From Haliotis cracherodii (taxonomy: Eukaryota), in NCBI RefSeq assembly GCF_022045235.1, contig NW_027266341.1, forward strand, positions 30,318,001 to 30,382,000: a DNA stretch of 64,000 nucleotides, in the 5' to 3' direction. A model generated the notes under the pieces. It was not told where the DNA came from. It was given only the letters and a program-made list of their open reading frames with translations, and ran no database searches. Below are positions 63,716-64,000 of this stretch, piece after piece (the first letter of the stretch is position 1; every line of letters begins with the position of its first letter). A program made the translations under genes and the position numbers.

Positions 63716-64000
63716 AAATAATGAACAACAAACGTTCCTGTGACATTGAATAAGATTTAAGTTATGTTTTTTACCAAATCTGAAACAATTTCGGTTTTCA
63801 AAAGATTAAAGACTCCTGTAAGTGTTCAAATGGTTTAATTTGCCATACTGACTTCAGAAAATGCGTGATTTCATAAAACAAAATAAAAAAACATGATCAT
63901 GCCAAAATGTCAATTTACAAATCAATAGCGTGTGTGTCACCTCCGGTTGCGATGCAAGCAACACATCTTCGTCTCAAGGAATGGACCAGGCGTCGCACAA

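Overview
This is eukaryotic, AT-rich, repeat-dense animal DNA. The SINE families and the expanded STAND-ankyrin genes suggest a mollusc, possibly an abalone-like gastropod; that assignment is inference. Left two thirds (1-40 kb): a decayed tandem segmental duplication with two minus-strand paralogues of an NLR-like gene (small upstream exons plus one large exon encoding a STAND P-loop NTPase and about 38-40 ankyrin repeats built from a 195-bp double-repeat unit). One copy is open; the other has two nonsense codons. Tc1, LINE, Penelope-like, SINE and minisatellite debris lies between them. 40-47 kb: a Crypton-like tyrosine-recombinase remnant, a Helentron-type non-autonomous element, and a hAT MITE with a nested SINE. 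47351-57404: a 10,054-bp Polinton/Maverick-type element with AGTAGT termini, ~0.5-kb TIRs and a perfect 6-bp TSD (GCTGGG). It holds a decayed protein-primed PolB but no recognisable integrase, ATPase, protease or capsid. Its cargo is two BIR/IAP genes, a 4x CCHC zinc-knuckle gene, a Zn-ribbon gene and a spliced K-rich/acidic gene. Most notable: four cargo genes share one ~300-bp multi-CCAAT+TATA promoter cassette, and the two left-arm genes are followed by a perfect replication-dependent histone mRNA 3' stem-loop (GGCCCTTTTCAGGGCC-ACCCA) plus a purine-rich downstream element. This suggests a virus-like element using histone-type, possibly S-phase-coupled, expression signals for non-histone genes. 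The right end has a DIRS-like RT remnant, a SINE and a near full-length decayed LINE inside a 42-bp minisatellite.
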